Source: an uncultured Thermoanaerobaculia bacterium
Lineage (GTDB): Bacteria > Acidobacteriota > Thermoanaerobaculia > Gp7-AA8
NCBI GenBank assembly: GCA_964558905.1
Contig: CAZLGP010000178.1
Coordinates: 44,339-108,338, forward strand
Length of the DNA stretch: 64,000 nucleotides
Direction of reading: 5' to 3'
Shown here: positions 27,142 through 35,573 of the stretch, piece by piece
Numbering within the stretch: position 1 is the first letter of the stretch
Layout: each line of letters starts with the position of its first letter
Notes under the pieces: generated by a model
What the model saw: only the letters and a program-made list of their open reading frames with translations
The model's database searches: none
Told to the model about the DNA's origin: nothing
Made by a program: the position numbers and the translations under genes

Positions 27142-27618
27142 TTAGCGTGTGACCGTCACCATCGTCGACGCGCTCGTCGGCGTGCCCGTGTCGTCGGCCG
27201 CTTCCACGCTGAGCTGCGCGGAGACGCCACCGAAGAGGCGCTCGTCCGGCACTTCCTTGCGCGGGGCGAAGCGATAGCGGAGCTCACCGTTCGGGGGGAC
27301 GGTCGTCGAGTACCCCAGCGAGCGGATGCGATCCGCGTCGTACGTCTCGCGCGCGAACGTGAGTCCGCCCGGACCGTGCACGGTCGCGCTGACGCGCCTC
27401 ACGTTCACGGGACGGCCGCCCGTTTCACGGACGATGACCTCGAACGGGAATTCATACGTCTCGCCGGAGACGTGCGTTGCGCGGATCGGGTTCGGCTCGA
27501 CCTGCACGGCGACGGCGCCGCGTCCGGGGACGGAGGTCACGTCGCTCTGCGGCCCGCCTCCGCACGCGGCGAGGGCGATGACGGAAAGGAAGAGTGCGAC
27601 TCGGGTAGTGGTGGTCAT
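27142..27618 (-). CDS. Hypothetical lipoprotein
   Basis: From ATG 27618: MTTTTRVALFLSVIALAACGG (lipobox LAAC). The start overlaps the sodC stop (ATGA). Confidence 0.6.
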   Translation of the reverse strand: MTTTTRVALFLSVIALAACGGGPQSDVTSVPGRGAVAVQVEPNPIRATHVSGETYEFPFEVIVRETGGRPVNVRRVSATVHGPGGLTFARETYDADRIRSLGYSTTVPPNGELRYRFAPRKEVPDERLFGGVSAQLSVEAADDTGTPTSASTMVTVTR

Positions 27619-28127
27619 TGCAGCGTGACCACACCACACGCAATCCGCCCCCCAGCGTTCCCGGTCGGCTGTGTGGTCAGGTCGTCGGGATTCGCGTGGA
27701 GAATGATCGCGCGACCGACGGCGCTGTACGCTCCCGCCTCGACGGTCACCGAGCGGGTCGTGAAGCGCGTGTCCACTTCGCCCGCCGCGTTCGCCGTGAC
27801 ATTGCCGAAGTCGCCCGCGTGATGCGGCGGCAGGTTCGGCGCGCCATGGTCGGTCGAGCCCGGGTTGAAGTGGCCGCCCGCGGCGTTGCCGTCGTCGCCG
27901 CAGTCGCCTTTCTCATGAACGTGAAAACCATGGACGCCGGCCGGCACGCCGCTGAGGTCGACCTGGACGTCGACGCTGCCGTCGGACAGCTGCGTGAGTC
28001 GCACCGTCCCCGCGGCTGTCTGGCCGCTGGTTGGCGCGAGCGTGGCGACTGCCGTCGGACGCGATCCCGTCGAGGCACACGCCGCCGCAACGAGGACGAG
28101 GAGAGAGAGCAGAGCGAATTTCTTCAT
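27615..28127 (-). CDS. sodC: Periplasmic Cu,Zn superoxide dismutase
   Basis: From ATG 28127: signal peptide MKKFALLSLLVLVAAACAS. Metal-ligand motifs GFHVHEKGDCG, GGHFNPG, HHAGDFGN, and ILHANPDDLTTQPTGNAGGRIACGVV. Confidence 0.9.
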   Translation of the reverse strand: MKKFALLSLLVLVAAACASTGSRPTAVATLAPTSGQTAAGTVRLTQLSDGSVDVQVDLSGVPAGVHGFHVHEKGDCGDDGNAAGGHFNPGSTDHGAPNLPPHHAGDFGNVTANAAGEVDTRFTTRSVTVEAGAYSAVGRAIILHANPDDLTTQPTGNAGGRIACGVVTLQ

Positions 28128-28225
28128 TTGCGAAAACCGTATCACGGCCGGCACGGCCGGCAGTTTGGTGGTCCAGGCCTTCTTGATGCCTGTCGCCTGG
28201 GGACCGGTTCACATTGCGCGCCACA

Positions 28226-29653
28226 TCACTGCGATATCGCCGCGACCAGCTTCCCGACCGCGCCGAGCCATCCCTTCGCCACTTCCTGGTAGTACAGCGA
28301 GGCCGTCTTCTGCACGCCGTCGGCGAGCGACGGGTAGGCGGAGATCCGTTGCGCGAGGTCGGTGATCCTCATTCCTTTGCGGCGGGCAAGCACGACCTCT
28401 TCGATCACCGTCGAGGCATTCGAGCACAACACGTGTGCGCCGAGGATGCGGCCCTTGCCGTCGCAGACGAACTTGATGAGACCGGAGGATGCCCGGTCGA
28501 CGACCGCCCGATCGACGTCGGCCATCTGGGTGACGTAGGTGCGCACATCGTCGCCATGTTTCTCGCGCGCCTCCTCTTCCGTCAGGCCGATGTGCCCGAC
28601 CTCGGGGTCGGTGTAGAGCGCCCAGGGGATGTTGGTGTAATCCGTCGCGGACTTGCCGGGGAAGAGCATGTTGCGCACGAGCTTCACGGCCTCGTACGCC
28701 GCCACGTGCGTGAACTGCATCCCGCCGTGGACGTCGCCGCAGGCCCAGATGCGGGGGACCGAGGTCTGCAGAAAGCGGTCGACCGTGATGAACGATCTTT
28801 CGACCTTCACACCCACTTGCTCGAGGCCGAGGTCTTCGGTGTTCCCGCGCCGTCCGGATGCGACGAAGATCTCGTCGGCGACGACCTCCCGCGATTCGCC
28901 GCGCTTGTTCTCGATGCGCGCGATCTTCGCCTCGCCTTCGCGCCGCACGGACTTCACCGCCCAACCGGTACGGAGCTCGATCTTCTCCTCGGCGAGGATC
29001 TCTCGGAGGCGCGTGATGATTGCGGCGTCTTCCTTGTTGATGATCTCGTCGAGCATCTCCACCACGGTCACGCGCGCGCCGAAGCGCGAGAAGATCTGCG
29101 CGAACTCGATGCCGATGGATCCGCCGCCGAGGATGAGGACGGAGGAGGGGAATGCATCCTGGGCGAGAAAGGTGGCGTGGTCGAGGAAGCCGTGCTCCTT
29201 CAGTCCGTCGACGGGAGGAACCGACGTGCGCGAGCCGGTGGCGATGACGATGTCCTTCGCGATCAGCGTGCGCCTGCCCACTTCCACTTCATTGCGGGCG
29301 ACGAGGCGTGCGTGGCCTTCCATGACGTCGATGCCGAGGCGGCGGAACTTCTCCGGATCGTCGTGGCGGCTGATGGCGCGCCGCTGCTCGCGCATCGAGT
29401 CCATCACCGACTTCGGCGTGATCCGGGGCGTCACCGGCTCGAGGCCGAGCGCATCCGCGTGCCGCATCTGATGCGCGAGCTTCGCCGACGCCACCAGCGC
29501 TTTCGTCGGAACGCACCCGGTCCAAAGGCAGTCGCCGCCGAGTGCCGCGCGCTCGATGAGCGCCACCTTCCGCCCGAGGCGCGCACACCCCGAGGCGGTG
29601 ACCAGCCCGGCGGTGCCGCCGCCGATCACTACGACGTCGAATGATTCGGCCAT
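28226..29653 (-). CDS. Class I pyridine nucleotide-disulfide oxidoreductase (dihydrolipoyl dehydrogenase / mercuric-reductase-like)
   Basis: From ATG 29653: FDVVVIGGGTAGLVTA (FAD GxGxxG), redox disulfide GGDCLWTGCVPTK, NAD site VLILGGGSIGIEFA, and a C-terminal dimerisation domain. Confidence 0.85.
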   Translation of the reverse strand: MAESFDVVVIGGGTAGLVTASGCARLGRKVALIERAALGGDCLWTGCVPTKALVASAKLAHQMRHADALGLEPVTPRITPKSVMDSMREQRRAISRHDDPEKFRRLGIDVMEGHARLVARNEVEVGRRTLIAKDIVIATGSRTSVPPVDGLKEHGFLDHATFLAQDAFPSSVLILGGGSIGIEFAQIFSRFGARVTVVEMLDEIINKEDAAIITRLREILAEEKIELRTGWAVKSVRREGEAKIARIENKRGESREVVADEIFVASGRRGNTEDLGLEQVGVKVERSFITVDRFLQTSVPRIWACGDVHGGMQFTHVAAYEAVKLVRNMLFPGKSATDYTNIPWALYTDPEVGHIGLTEEEAREKHGDDVRTYVTQMADVDRAVVDRASSGLIKFVCDGKGRILGAHVLCSNASTVIEEVVLARRKGMRITDLAQRISAYPSLADGVQKTASLYYQEVAKGWLGAVGKLVAAISQ

Positions 29654-29667
29654 TTTTTCGCTCCGAA

Positions 29668-29871
29668 GACGTAGTCTCAAAGTCTCAAAGTCTCAAAGTC
29701 TCAAAGCCTCAGAGTCTCAGAGTTTCAGTGTCTGAAGGTTCCTGAGTCTCGGAGTGTCAGAGCTGCAAGAGCTCAAAGCTGCAATCTCTCAAAGAGTGTG
29801 GGCAACGCCGTCTTTGAGACTTTGAGACTTTGAGACTTTGAGACTTTGAGACTCTGAGACTTTGAGACGTC
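29668..29871. repeat. Tandem-repeat-armed hairpin, family B, copy B3 (long decayed left arm)
   Basis: The left arm begins (gtctcaaa)x4, then degenerates (gcctcaga gtctcaga gtttcagt gtctgaag ... ctctcaaagag) to 29795. Loop tgtgggcaacgccg. Right arm has 7 units of tttgagac (29811-29871) touching the yjbQ stop codon (29870-29872). Confidence 0.85.
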
Positions 29872-30262
29872 AAGCCACGTACACAGTCACGCGCCTCTCG
29901 CGCGGGCCATCCAGTTCCACAAAGTACACCCCCTGCCACGTGCCCAGCACGAGCTTGCCGTTGCGATACGGCCACGACAGCGACGTGCCGATCATCATCG
30001 ACATGAGGTGCGCGTCGGAGTTTCCTTCATCGTGTTCGAACCTCACGTTCGGGATCATGGCCCGGATCGCCTTGACGAGATCGCGCGGGACGTCCGGGTC
30101 GGCGTTCTCGTTGACGGAGATCGCGCACGTCGTGTGAGGGACGACGATCGTCGCGATCCCCTCCGTCGCATCGAGGGATACGAGCGCGGCGTCGACCTCC
30201 CGGGTGACGATCACGATCTGCTCCCGCTCGCTGGTGCGCACTCGAAACGTCGTGTCCCGCAT
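29870..30262 (-). CDS. yjbQ: YjbQ family protein (UPF0047, secondary thiamine-phosphate synthase enzyme)
   Basis: VPHTTCAISVNENADPDVPRDL ... HDEGNSDAHLMSMMIGTSLSWPYRNGKLVLGTWQGVYFVELDGPRERRV, the family signature. Confidence 0.85.
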   Translation of the reverse strand: MRDTTFRVRTSEREQIVIVTREVDAALVSLDATEGIATIVVPHTTCAISVNENADPDVPRDLVKAIRAMIPNVRFEHDEGNSDAHLMSMMIGTSLSWPYRNGKLVLGTWQGVYFVELDGPRERRVTVYVA

Positions 30263-30290
30263 GATCCGATCATATAATTCCAGTTACACA

Positions 30291-30378
30291 CGGTTGGCGG
30301 TTGCCGGTTGGCGGTTGGCGGCACATCGAAACGAGCCCCCGCCCTCCCGCCAACCGCCAACTGCCAACCGTCAACCGG
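30291..30378. repeat. Tandem-repeat-armed hairpin, family D (heptamer GGTTGGC / GCCAACC), copy D1
   Basis: cggttggcggttgccggttggcggttggcgg (30291-30321). Loop with cccccgccctc. Right arm ccgccaaccgccaactgccaaccgtcaaccgg (30347-30378). Lies in a divergent region, and the right arm ends 4 nt before the kinase ATG at 30383. Confidence 0.9.
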
Positions 30379-30382
30379 TCCC

Positions 30383-31951
30383 ATGCCCTTCTTCTGCATC
30401 CACTGCAAAACGGAGATCGACTCCCGGTACAAGGCCTGCCCCTTCTGCGGAGAGGCGATCACCGATTTCCTGCGCCGGTATCTGGAGACGCCGCTCGACG
30501 GCAAGTACCGGATCCTCTCCCGTCTCGGCGTCGGCGGCATGGGCGAGGTCTACAAAGTCCTGCACACGCACCTCAACGCGATCCGGGTCATCAAGCTGAT
30601 GCGCTCCAACATCGCATCGGATGCCGGTGCGCACGAACGGTTTCTCCGCGAGGCGCGGCTGGCGACGAAGATCCAGCATCCCAACGTCGCGGCGCTCTTC
30701 GACTTCTCTACCCTCAATGACGGTGCGCATTACATGGTGTGGGAGTACATCGAGGGCATCAACCTGCACGAGCTGATCACCGAGCGCGGGCCGCTGTCGG
30801 CGCGCTACGCGGCGAAGCTCGCGGTGCAGGCGCTGATGGGGCTCGATGCGATCCATCGCGCCGGCATCGTCCATCGCGATGTGAGTCCCGAGAACCTGAT
30901 GATCGCGCGGGATGACGAGGGCAACGAGCGCGTGAAGATCATCGACCTGGGGATCGCGAAGTCGTCCGGAGCCGACGACGACAAGACCAAGACGGGGACG
31001 TTCGTCGGCAAGTGGAAATACTGCTCGCCGGAGCACCTGGGCATGCTTCCGCCCGGCGAGCGCATCGACGGCCGCGCGGACCTCTATTCGTTCGGCATCG
31101 TCCTGTACGAGATGCTCGCCGGCGTGCCGCCGTTCGTGTGCGACACGCCTCACGCCTATCTGATGAAGCACGCGTCCGAGCGCCCGAAGGCGCTGGCCGA
31201 GGTGAATCCCGGGGCAGTCGTGCCGCCACAGCTCGAGACGCTCCTCTTCCGCGCGCTGGAGAAAGACAGGACGAGGCGCTACACGTCGGCGCGCGAGTTT
31301 GCGCGCGAGCTCGAGCGGGTGGCGGCATCGTTGCCCGATACGGCGGGCGCTCCGCCGCCGGTTCCTCCGACCGCCGAGGTCACCGATGAAGCGACGAGCT
31401 ACGCCACGCGCTACGACGGCAATGCGGAGACGGTGGTGTCGATCGAGAGCCATGTGCCTGCCCCGGCGGTGCAGAAGACGCTCGATCGCGTGGCGTCCGC
31501 GGAGGAGCTCCCTCCCGCGAAGAAGGGCTCGCCGTGGCTGCTCTACGCCGCGGCGGCGGTCCTTGCCGTCGTTGCCTCCGTCGGCGGATGGATGCTGACG
31601 CGCGAGCGTCCCGCGCCGCGGGCGGCGCTTCCGGCGCCGGCACCGCTGACGGCTTCCGTCGTGCTGCCGGTCGGGCCGGGACGCGTCGCCGTGAACGCGT
31701 TCCCCTGGGCCAACGTCACCAGTGTGCGGAACGCCGACAGCGGAGCGACGATCGACATCGGTGCGAACGTCGTCACGCCGGCGCCTCTCGATCTCGCGCC
31801 AGGCCGGTACGAGGTCACGCTCGCGAATCCGAACTTTCCGCAGCCGATCATGCGCACGGTGGTTGTCGCATCGGGCGGCAACGTCGATCTTCACGTGACG
31901 TTCAGCGATCCCGCGGTGGCGTCCGTCCCGGACTTTGGAGTGGCGGAATGA
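30383..31951 (+). CDS. Ser/Thr protein kinase with N-terminal zinc-ribbon, one TM segment and a C-terminal PEGA-like domain
   Basis: From ATG 30383: CIHCKTEIDSRYKACPFCG. Kinase motifs GVGGMGEVYKV, HRDVSPENLMI, DLGIAK, SPEH. TM WLLYAAAAVLAVVASVGGWML. C-terminal VAVNAFPWANVTSV...LAPGRYEVTLANPNF. Confidence 0.9.
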   Translation: MPFFCIHCKTEIDSRYKACPFCGEAITDFLRRYLETPLDGKYRILSRLGVGGMGEVYKVLHTHLNAIRVIKLMRSNIASDAGAHERFLREARLATKIQHPNVAALFDFSTLNDGAHYMVWEYIEGINLHELITERGPLSARYAAKLAVQALMGLDAIHRAGIVHRDVSPENLMIARDDEGNERVKIIDLGIAKSSGADDDKTKTGTFVGKWKYCSPEHLGMLPPGERIDGRADLYSFGIVLYEMLAGVPPFVCDTPHAYLMKHASERPKALAEVNPGAVVPPQLETLLFRALEKDRTRRYTSAREFARELERVAASLPDTAGAPPPVPPTAEVTDEATSYATRYDGNAETVVSIESHVPAPAVQKTLDRVASAEELPPAKKGSPWLLYAAAAVLAVVASVGGWMLTRERPAPRAALPAPAPLTASVVLPVGPGRVAVNAFPWANVTSVRNADSGATIDIGANVVTPAPLDLAPGRYEVTLANPNFPQPIMRTVVVASGGNVDLHVTFSDPAVASVPDFGVAE

Positions 31952-33213
31952 AGCGGGTCCTCGCGGTCCTGCTGTTCGCCTCCACGGCCTTCGCCGCGGA
32001 GAGGTGGTGGGACTCGTACAACCGCGGTGTCGCGGCGGTGAACGAAAAGAACTACAACCTCGCCGCGAGTCTTCTGCAGAAGGCGATCGCGGAGAATCCA
32101 ACGGAAGGTACGGCCGTACGGGCGGGGAAGTCGATCATGACCTACGTCCCGCACTTCTGGCTCGGCATCGCGAAGTTCAACCTCGGCGACACGGACGGTG
32201 CGCTGCGCGAGTGGAGGATCTCAGAGGAGCAGGGCGCGGTCGCGCGGACGTCGTATTACTCGTCGATGAAGGACTGGGTCGCGCGCGCGCAAAAGGAGAA
32301 ACAGAGCGAAGCGCGCAGTGCGGTGAGCGGCCCGAGGAAAGCGGCCGAGGGTGCGATCAGCCGCGCGATGCAGATCCAGGGCGACGCGATGAGCGGGGGC
32401 GGCGACCGCACGCAGAGCTATCGTGACGCGCAGCGGAAGTTGCAGGACGCCCTGACCCAGTTCCGCAAGGCAGGGAATGACGCGAACGCATATGCCTCTG
32501 TTTCGCAGACCGCGGAGCAGGCGGCGAAGCTCTTCTCCGCGGCGTCCGAGGAGGGGAAGAAGGCGAAGGCGGCCGCGGCCGCGCGTCCGAAACCGGTGAA
32601 GCCGGTACCCACCAGGCCGGCGGAGGTCGCCGTGCCCGTCGAGACGTCCCCGGTGAAGACGGAGACCGTCGCTGCTCCTCCGAGAGTCGAAGCAGCACCC
32701 GTCGTCAGTCAGGCGAAGGTCGCGGCCGAGATCGCGGTGCAGGAGTTTCGTCGCAAGGCAGCGCGTGCCGAGGGGGAGAAGCTGCGCAGACAGCTCGCCG
32801 CGGCGAAGAACGACGCCGAATACGATGAGGTACGGCTCGCCGCGGAGAAGCGGCTCCTGGAGCTGACGAAGCCTGTGCCTGTCGAACCGGTGGTCGAGCC
32901 GCTCGTTGCGAGCGCGAAGTCGAGGATCGACGTCACGCCGGCGTATCGCGCGTTTGCCAATGGCGACCTCGCATCCGCGGAGCGACTGCTCACGAAGATG
33001 ATCGTCGAGACGCCGGCGGCCGAGGCGTACCTGCTGCGCGGATGCGTGCGCTACACGCGGGCCATGCTCTCGCGCACGCCCGACGCGTTGCTCGTCTCCG
33101 CCAACGACGACTTCAAGGCCGCGCTGCAGCGGAATCGGGCGCTGCGTCTCGACCCGCGCGTCTTCTCGCCGAAGCTGGTCGCGCGGTTCGAGCAGGTGCG
33201 CGGCGCGCAGTGA
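31948..33213 (+). CDS. Secreted TPR-like / coiled-coil protein, function unknown
   Basis: ATG 31948 overlaps the kinase TGA (ATGA). Signal peptide MKRVLAVLLFASTAFA. TPR-like N- and C-terminal ends flank an Ala/Lys/Pro-rich central region. Confidence 0.6.
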   Translation: MKRVLAVLLFASTAFAAERWWDSYNRGVAAVNEKNYNLAASLLQKAIAENPTEGTAVRAGKSIMTYVPHFWLGIAKFNLGDTDGALREWRISEEQGAVARTSYYSSMKDWVARAQKEKQSEARSAVSGPRKAAEGAISRAMQIQGDAMSGGGDRTQSYRDAQRKLQDALTQFRKAGNDANAYASVSQTAEQAAKLFSAASEEGKKAKAAAAARPKPVKPVPTRPAEVAVPVETSPVKTETVAAPPRVEAAPVVSQAKVAAEIAVQEFRRKAARAEGEKLRRQLAAAKNDAEYDEVRLAAEKRLLELTKPVPVEPVVEPLVASAKSRIDVTPAYRAFANGDLASAERLLTKMIVETPAAEAYLLRGCVRYTRAMLSRTPDALLVSANDDFKAALQRNRALRLDPRVFSPKLVARFEQVRGAQ

Positions 33214-34121
33214 TGGACCCGGTCGCAGCAGCAGGACGTCTCGCGCCGTACGCGAAGTGCCCCACGCCGCTCGTGCGCTCGCTGCTCCTGAGCGCGCAGC
33301 TCGGATGCGATCTCTGGGTGAAGAACGAGACCGTCTCGCCGATCGCGTCATTCAAGTGGCGCGGCGCGCTGAACGACATTCTCCGCGAGCCCAACGCAGC
33401 GGTGGTGACCTCGTCGACGGGCAATCACGGACAGGGTGTCGCGTGGGCGGCGCGTGTCGCGGGCGTGACCGCGCACGTGTTTCTGCCGCGCGGCGCGAAC
33501 GCCGTCAAGCGTGCGAAGATCGAGCTCCTCGGCGCGACGATCCACGACGCCGGCGATGACCTCGACGACGCGAAGCGACACGCGATGCAGTTCGCGCGCG
33601 ACGGGGGCCTGCGCTTCATCGACGACGGCGACAGCGCGGGCGTGATCGAAGGCGCGGGTACGGTGGGCGTGGAGATCGCGCGGCAGCTGGAGCGCGTCGA
33701 CGTCATCTACGTGCCGATGGGCAGCGGGTCGCTCGCGTCCGGAGTGGGGATGGCCATGCCGCACGCGCGGGTCATCGCGGTGCAGGCGAAGGGCTCGCCG
33801 GCGATGGCGGAGAGCTTTCACGCCCGGCGCGCGATCGAGCGTCCGATCGATACGCTCGCGGACGGGCTGGTCTGCCGCGTCCCGGCGCAACTCGCGCTCG
33901 ATGCTCTGATCGCGCACGTCGACGACGCGATGACCGTCACGGACGACGAGCTCCTCGCCGCGACGCGCGCGATGATCCTCGGCGCACATCTGCTCGTCGA
34001 GCCGTCGGGCGCGGCGGGACTGGCGGCGGCGATGAAGCACGAGCTGCGCGGGAAGACGGTCGTCGTGATTGCCACGGGGGCAAACATCACGGCCGAGGTG
34101 TTCGGGAGACTGCATGCGTGA
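33213..34121 (+). CDS. PLP-dependent enzyme, threonine/serine dehydratase-like (fold type II)
   Basis: ATG 33213 overlaps the upstream TGA by 1 nt. PLP-lysine motif ETVSPIASFKWRGALN, SSTGNHGQGVAWAA, and a glycine loop PMGSGSLASG. Confidence 0.8.
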   Translation: MDPVAAAGRLAPYAKCPTPLVRSLLLSAQLGCDLWVKNETVSPIASFKWRGALNDILREPNAAVVTSSTGNHGQGVAWAARVAGVTAHVFLPRGANAVKRAKIELLGATIHDAGDDLDDAKRHAMQFARDGGLRFIDDGDSAGVIEGAGTVGVEIARQLERVDVIYVPMGSGSLASGVGMAMPHARVIAVQAKGSPAMAESFHARRAIERPIDTLADGLVCRVPAQLALDALIAHVDDAMTVTDDELLAATRAMILGAHLLVEPSGAAGLAAAMKHELRGKTVVVIATGANITAEVFGRLHA

Positions 34122-34653
34122 AGTGCTCCTCCTCGGAGATCCCCGACTCCGCGTCCGCTCTTCCGAAGTCGCGTCGTGCGATGCCCGCGAGCTCGGCGAG
34201 CTCGCGGCGACGCTCGAGGAGTTCCGGCGGCGGCACGGCTTCGGTCGCGCCATCTCCGCGCCGCAGATCGGCATCGCCCGGCGCTTCATCGCCGTGAACC
34301 TCGGCAAGGGGACGTTCTTCGTCGTGAATCCGGTGATCACCTGGCGCAGCGAAGAGACGTTCACCATGTGGGACGACTGCATGAGCTTCCCCGACCTGCT
34401 CGTGCGCGTCGCGCGCGCGAAGTCGCTGTCGCTCGAGTACGGGGACGAGCAGGGAAAGCGGAAGGAGTGGCGCGAGCTCGACCAGGCCGCGGCCGAGCTC
34501 CTGCAGCACGAGATCGATCACCTGGACGGCGTGCTCGCCGTCGACCGTGCGATCGACGGAGAGTCTCTGGTGATGCGCCGCGAGTATGAGCGGAATCGCG
34601 AGTATTTCGACGCGAAGGTGGACTACGCGATCGTGCCGACGATCGAGGTCTGA
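34114..34653 (+). CDS. def: Peptide deformylase (variant motifs)
   Basis: ATG 34114 overlaps the upstream gene by 8 nt. Motif 1: GRAISAPQIG. Motif 2: DDCMSFP (Cys ligand retained). Motif 3: QHEIDHLDG. Confidence 0.8.
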   Translation: MREVLLLGDPRLRVRSSEVASCDARELGELAATLEEFRRRHGFGRAISAPQIGIARRFIAVNLGKGTFFVVNPVITWRSEETFTMWDDCMSFPDLLVRVARAKSLSLEYGDEQGKRKEWRELDQAAAELLQHEIDHLDGVLAVDRAIDGESLVMRREYERNREYFDAKVDYAIVPTIEV

Positions 34654-34654
34654 G

Positions 34655-34750
34655 AGTGCTGAGTGCTGAGTGCTGAGTGACGCTCCGCGTCAGGCAATCT
34701 TCGCGCCTGGGCGGGCGGGACTCAGCACTCAGCACTCAGCACTCAGCACT
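34655..34750. repeat. Tandem-repeat-armed hairpin, family A, copy A2
   Basis: agtgctgagtgctgagtgctgagt (34655-34678). 41-nt loop ending cctgggcgggcggg. Right arm actcagcactcagcactcagcactcagcact (34720-34750). Fills the gap between convergent stops at 34653 and 34754. Confidence 0.9.
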
Positions 34751-34753
34751 GCG

Positions 34754-35209
34754 TCAGCGGGTCAGCTCGACGCCGTTCGCCACGAACGAGACCTCGATCG
34801 CGCTGCCATCCTCGTTCCGGTTCAGCTTCGCGCCCTCTTCCTCGAGGTGATCGGCCTCGGCCTTCGAGAGCTTCTTCACCGTCGTGACGCCCTCGGCGCG
34901 AGCCTTCATCCCCTTCGAGTCGAGCGGGACGAAGAAGCCGTAGTCCTTGAACGTGACCCGGACGCTCTGGTCCGCGTCGGCTGCCGGCTGGAGTTGCATC
35001 CAGCAGCCCTTGCGCTCGCAGGCGTTGGTGACGACGCCTTCGACGACGACAGGGGTCTTCGTGTACTCGGCCGGCGAGGCGAGGACGGTCGCGAGCGGGA
35101 CCGGCTTCGCGTCCTTCGCGATCGCGGCGCCGCGGGAGATGGGCTCGCCCGCGAAAAGGGTGGTGGCAACGAGGAGCAGCGTGGCAACGAGCGTGATTCG
35201 CTTCATCAT
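34754..35209 (-). CDS. DUF4920 domain protein (secreted)
   Basis: Signal peptide MMKRITLVATLLLVATTLFA, and VVVEGVVTNACERKGCWMQL typical of DUF4920. Confidence 0.7.
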   Translation of the reverse strand: MMKRITLVATLLLVATTLFAGEPISRGAAIAKDAKPVPLATVLASPAEYTKTPVVVEGVVTNACERKGCWMQLQPAADADQSVRVTFKDYGFFVPLDSKGMKARAEGVTTVKKLSKAEADHLEEEGAKLNRNEDGSAIEVSFVANGVELTR

Positions 35210-35336
35210 GACGTCGATTCTATTGCTTCATGCGGGGCAGCGCTCTCGGAGCGGCAGCCGTTCGTGCACGCGCAACACCCGCCGGAAGGCGCGGAATCCC
35301 GAGCGTCGAGCGAGGGACCTGGGCGGGAGGGGCTCG

Positions 35337-35560
35337 AAAAGGCCGGAAGGCCGGAAGGATGAAGGCCGGAAGGTCGGATGCGCGTGCGTGCCGCGCCACC
35401 CGCTTCGTCATCGGATTCGTCGTCCACGCCGGTACGGACACTTTTCCGCTGGCGCCGAAGATCTCCGCGGTTGCGCTGGCGAGGATTACCTGACGACTTG
35501 CGTCTCGAGTGAGGCCCGCACCGGCCGCTGAACGGCCGGCCTTTCAGCCGGCCTTTGAAT
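35337..35560. repeat. Family G inverted tandem repeats (octamer AAGGCCGG / CCGGCCTT), copy G1, arms about 145 nt apart
   Basis: Left: aaaaggccggaaggccggaaggatgaaggccggaaggtcgg (35337-35377), preceded by cctgggcgggagggg. Right: ccggccgctgaacggccggcctttcagccggcctttgaat (35521-35560). Confidence 0.65.
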
Positions 35561-35573
35561 CGATGAACCGCGT

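Noticed and set aside
28128-28225. Possible sigma-54 (-24/-12) promoter upstream of sodC (tggaccaccaaactgc on the minus strand).
   Set aside because: The GG/GC spacing is one nucleotide too long and the flanking consensus bases are missing. This is not distinguishable from chance.
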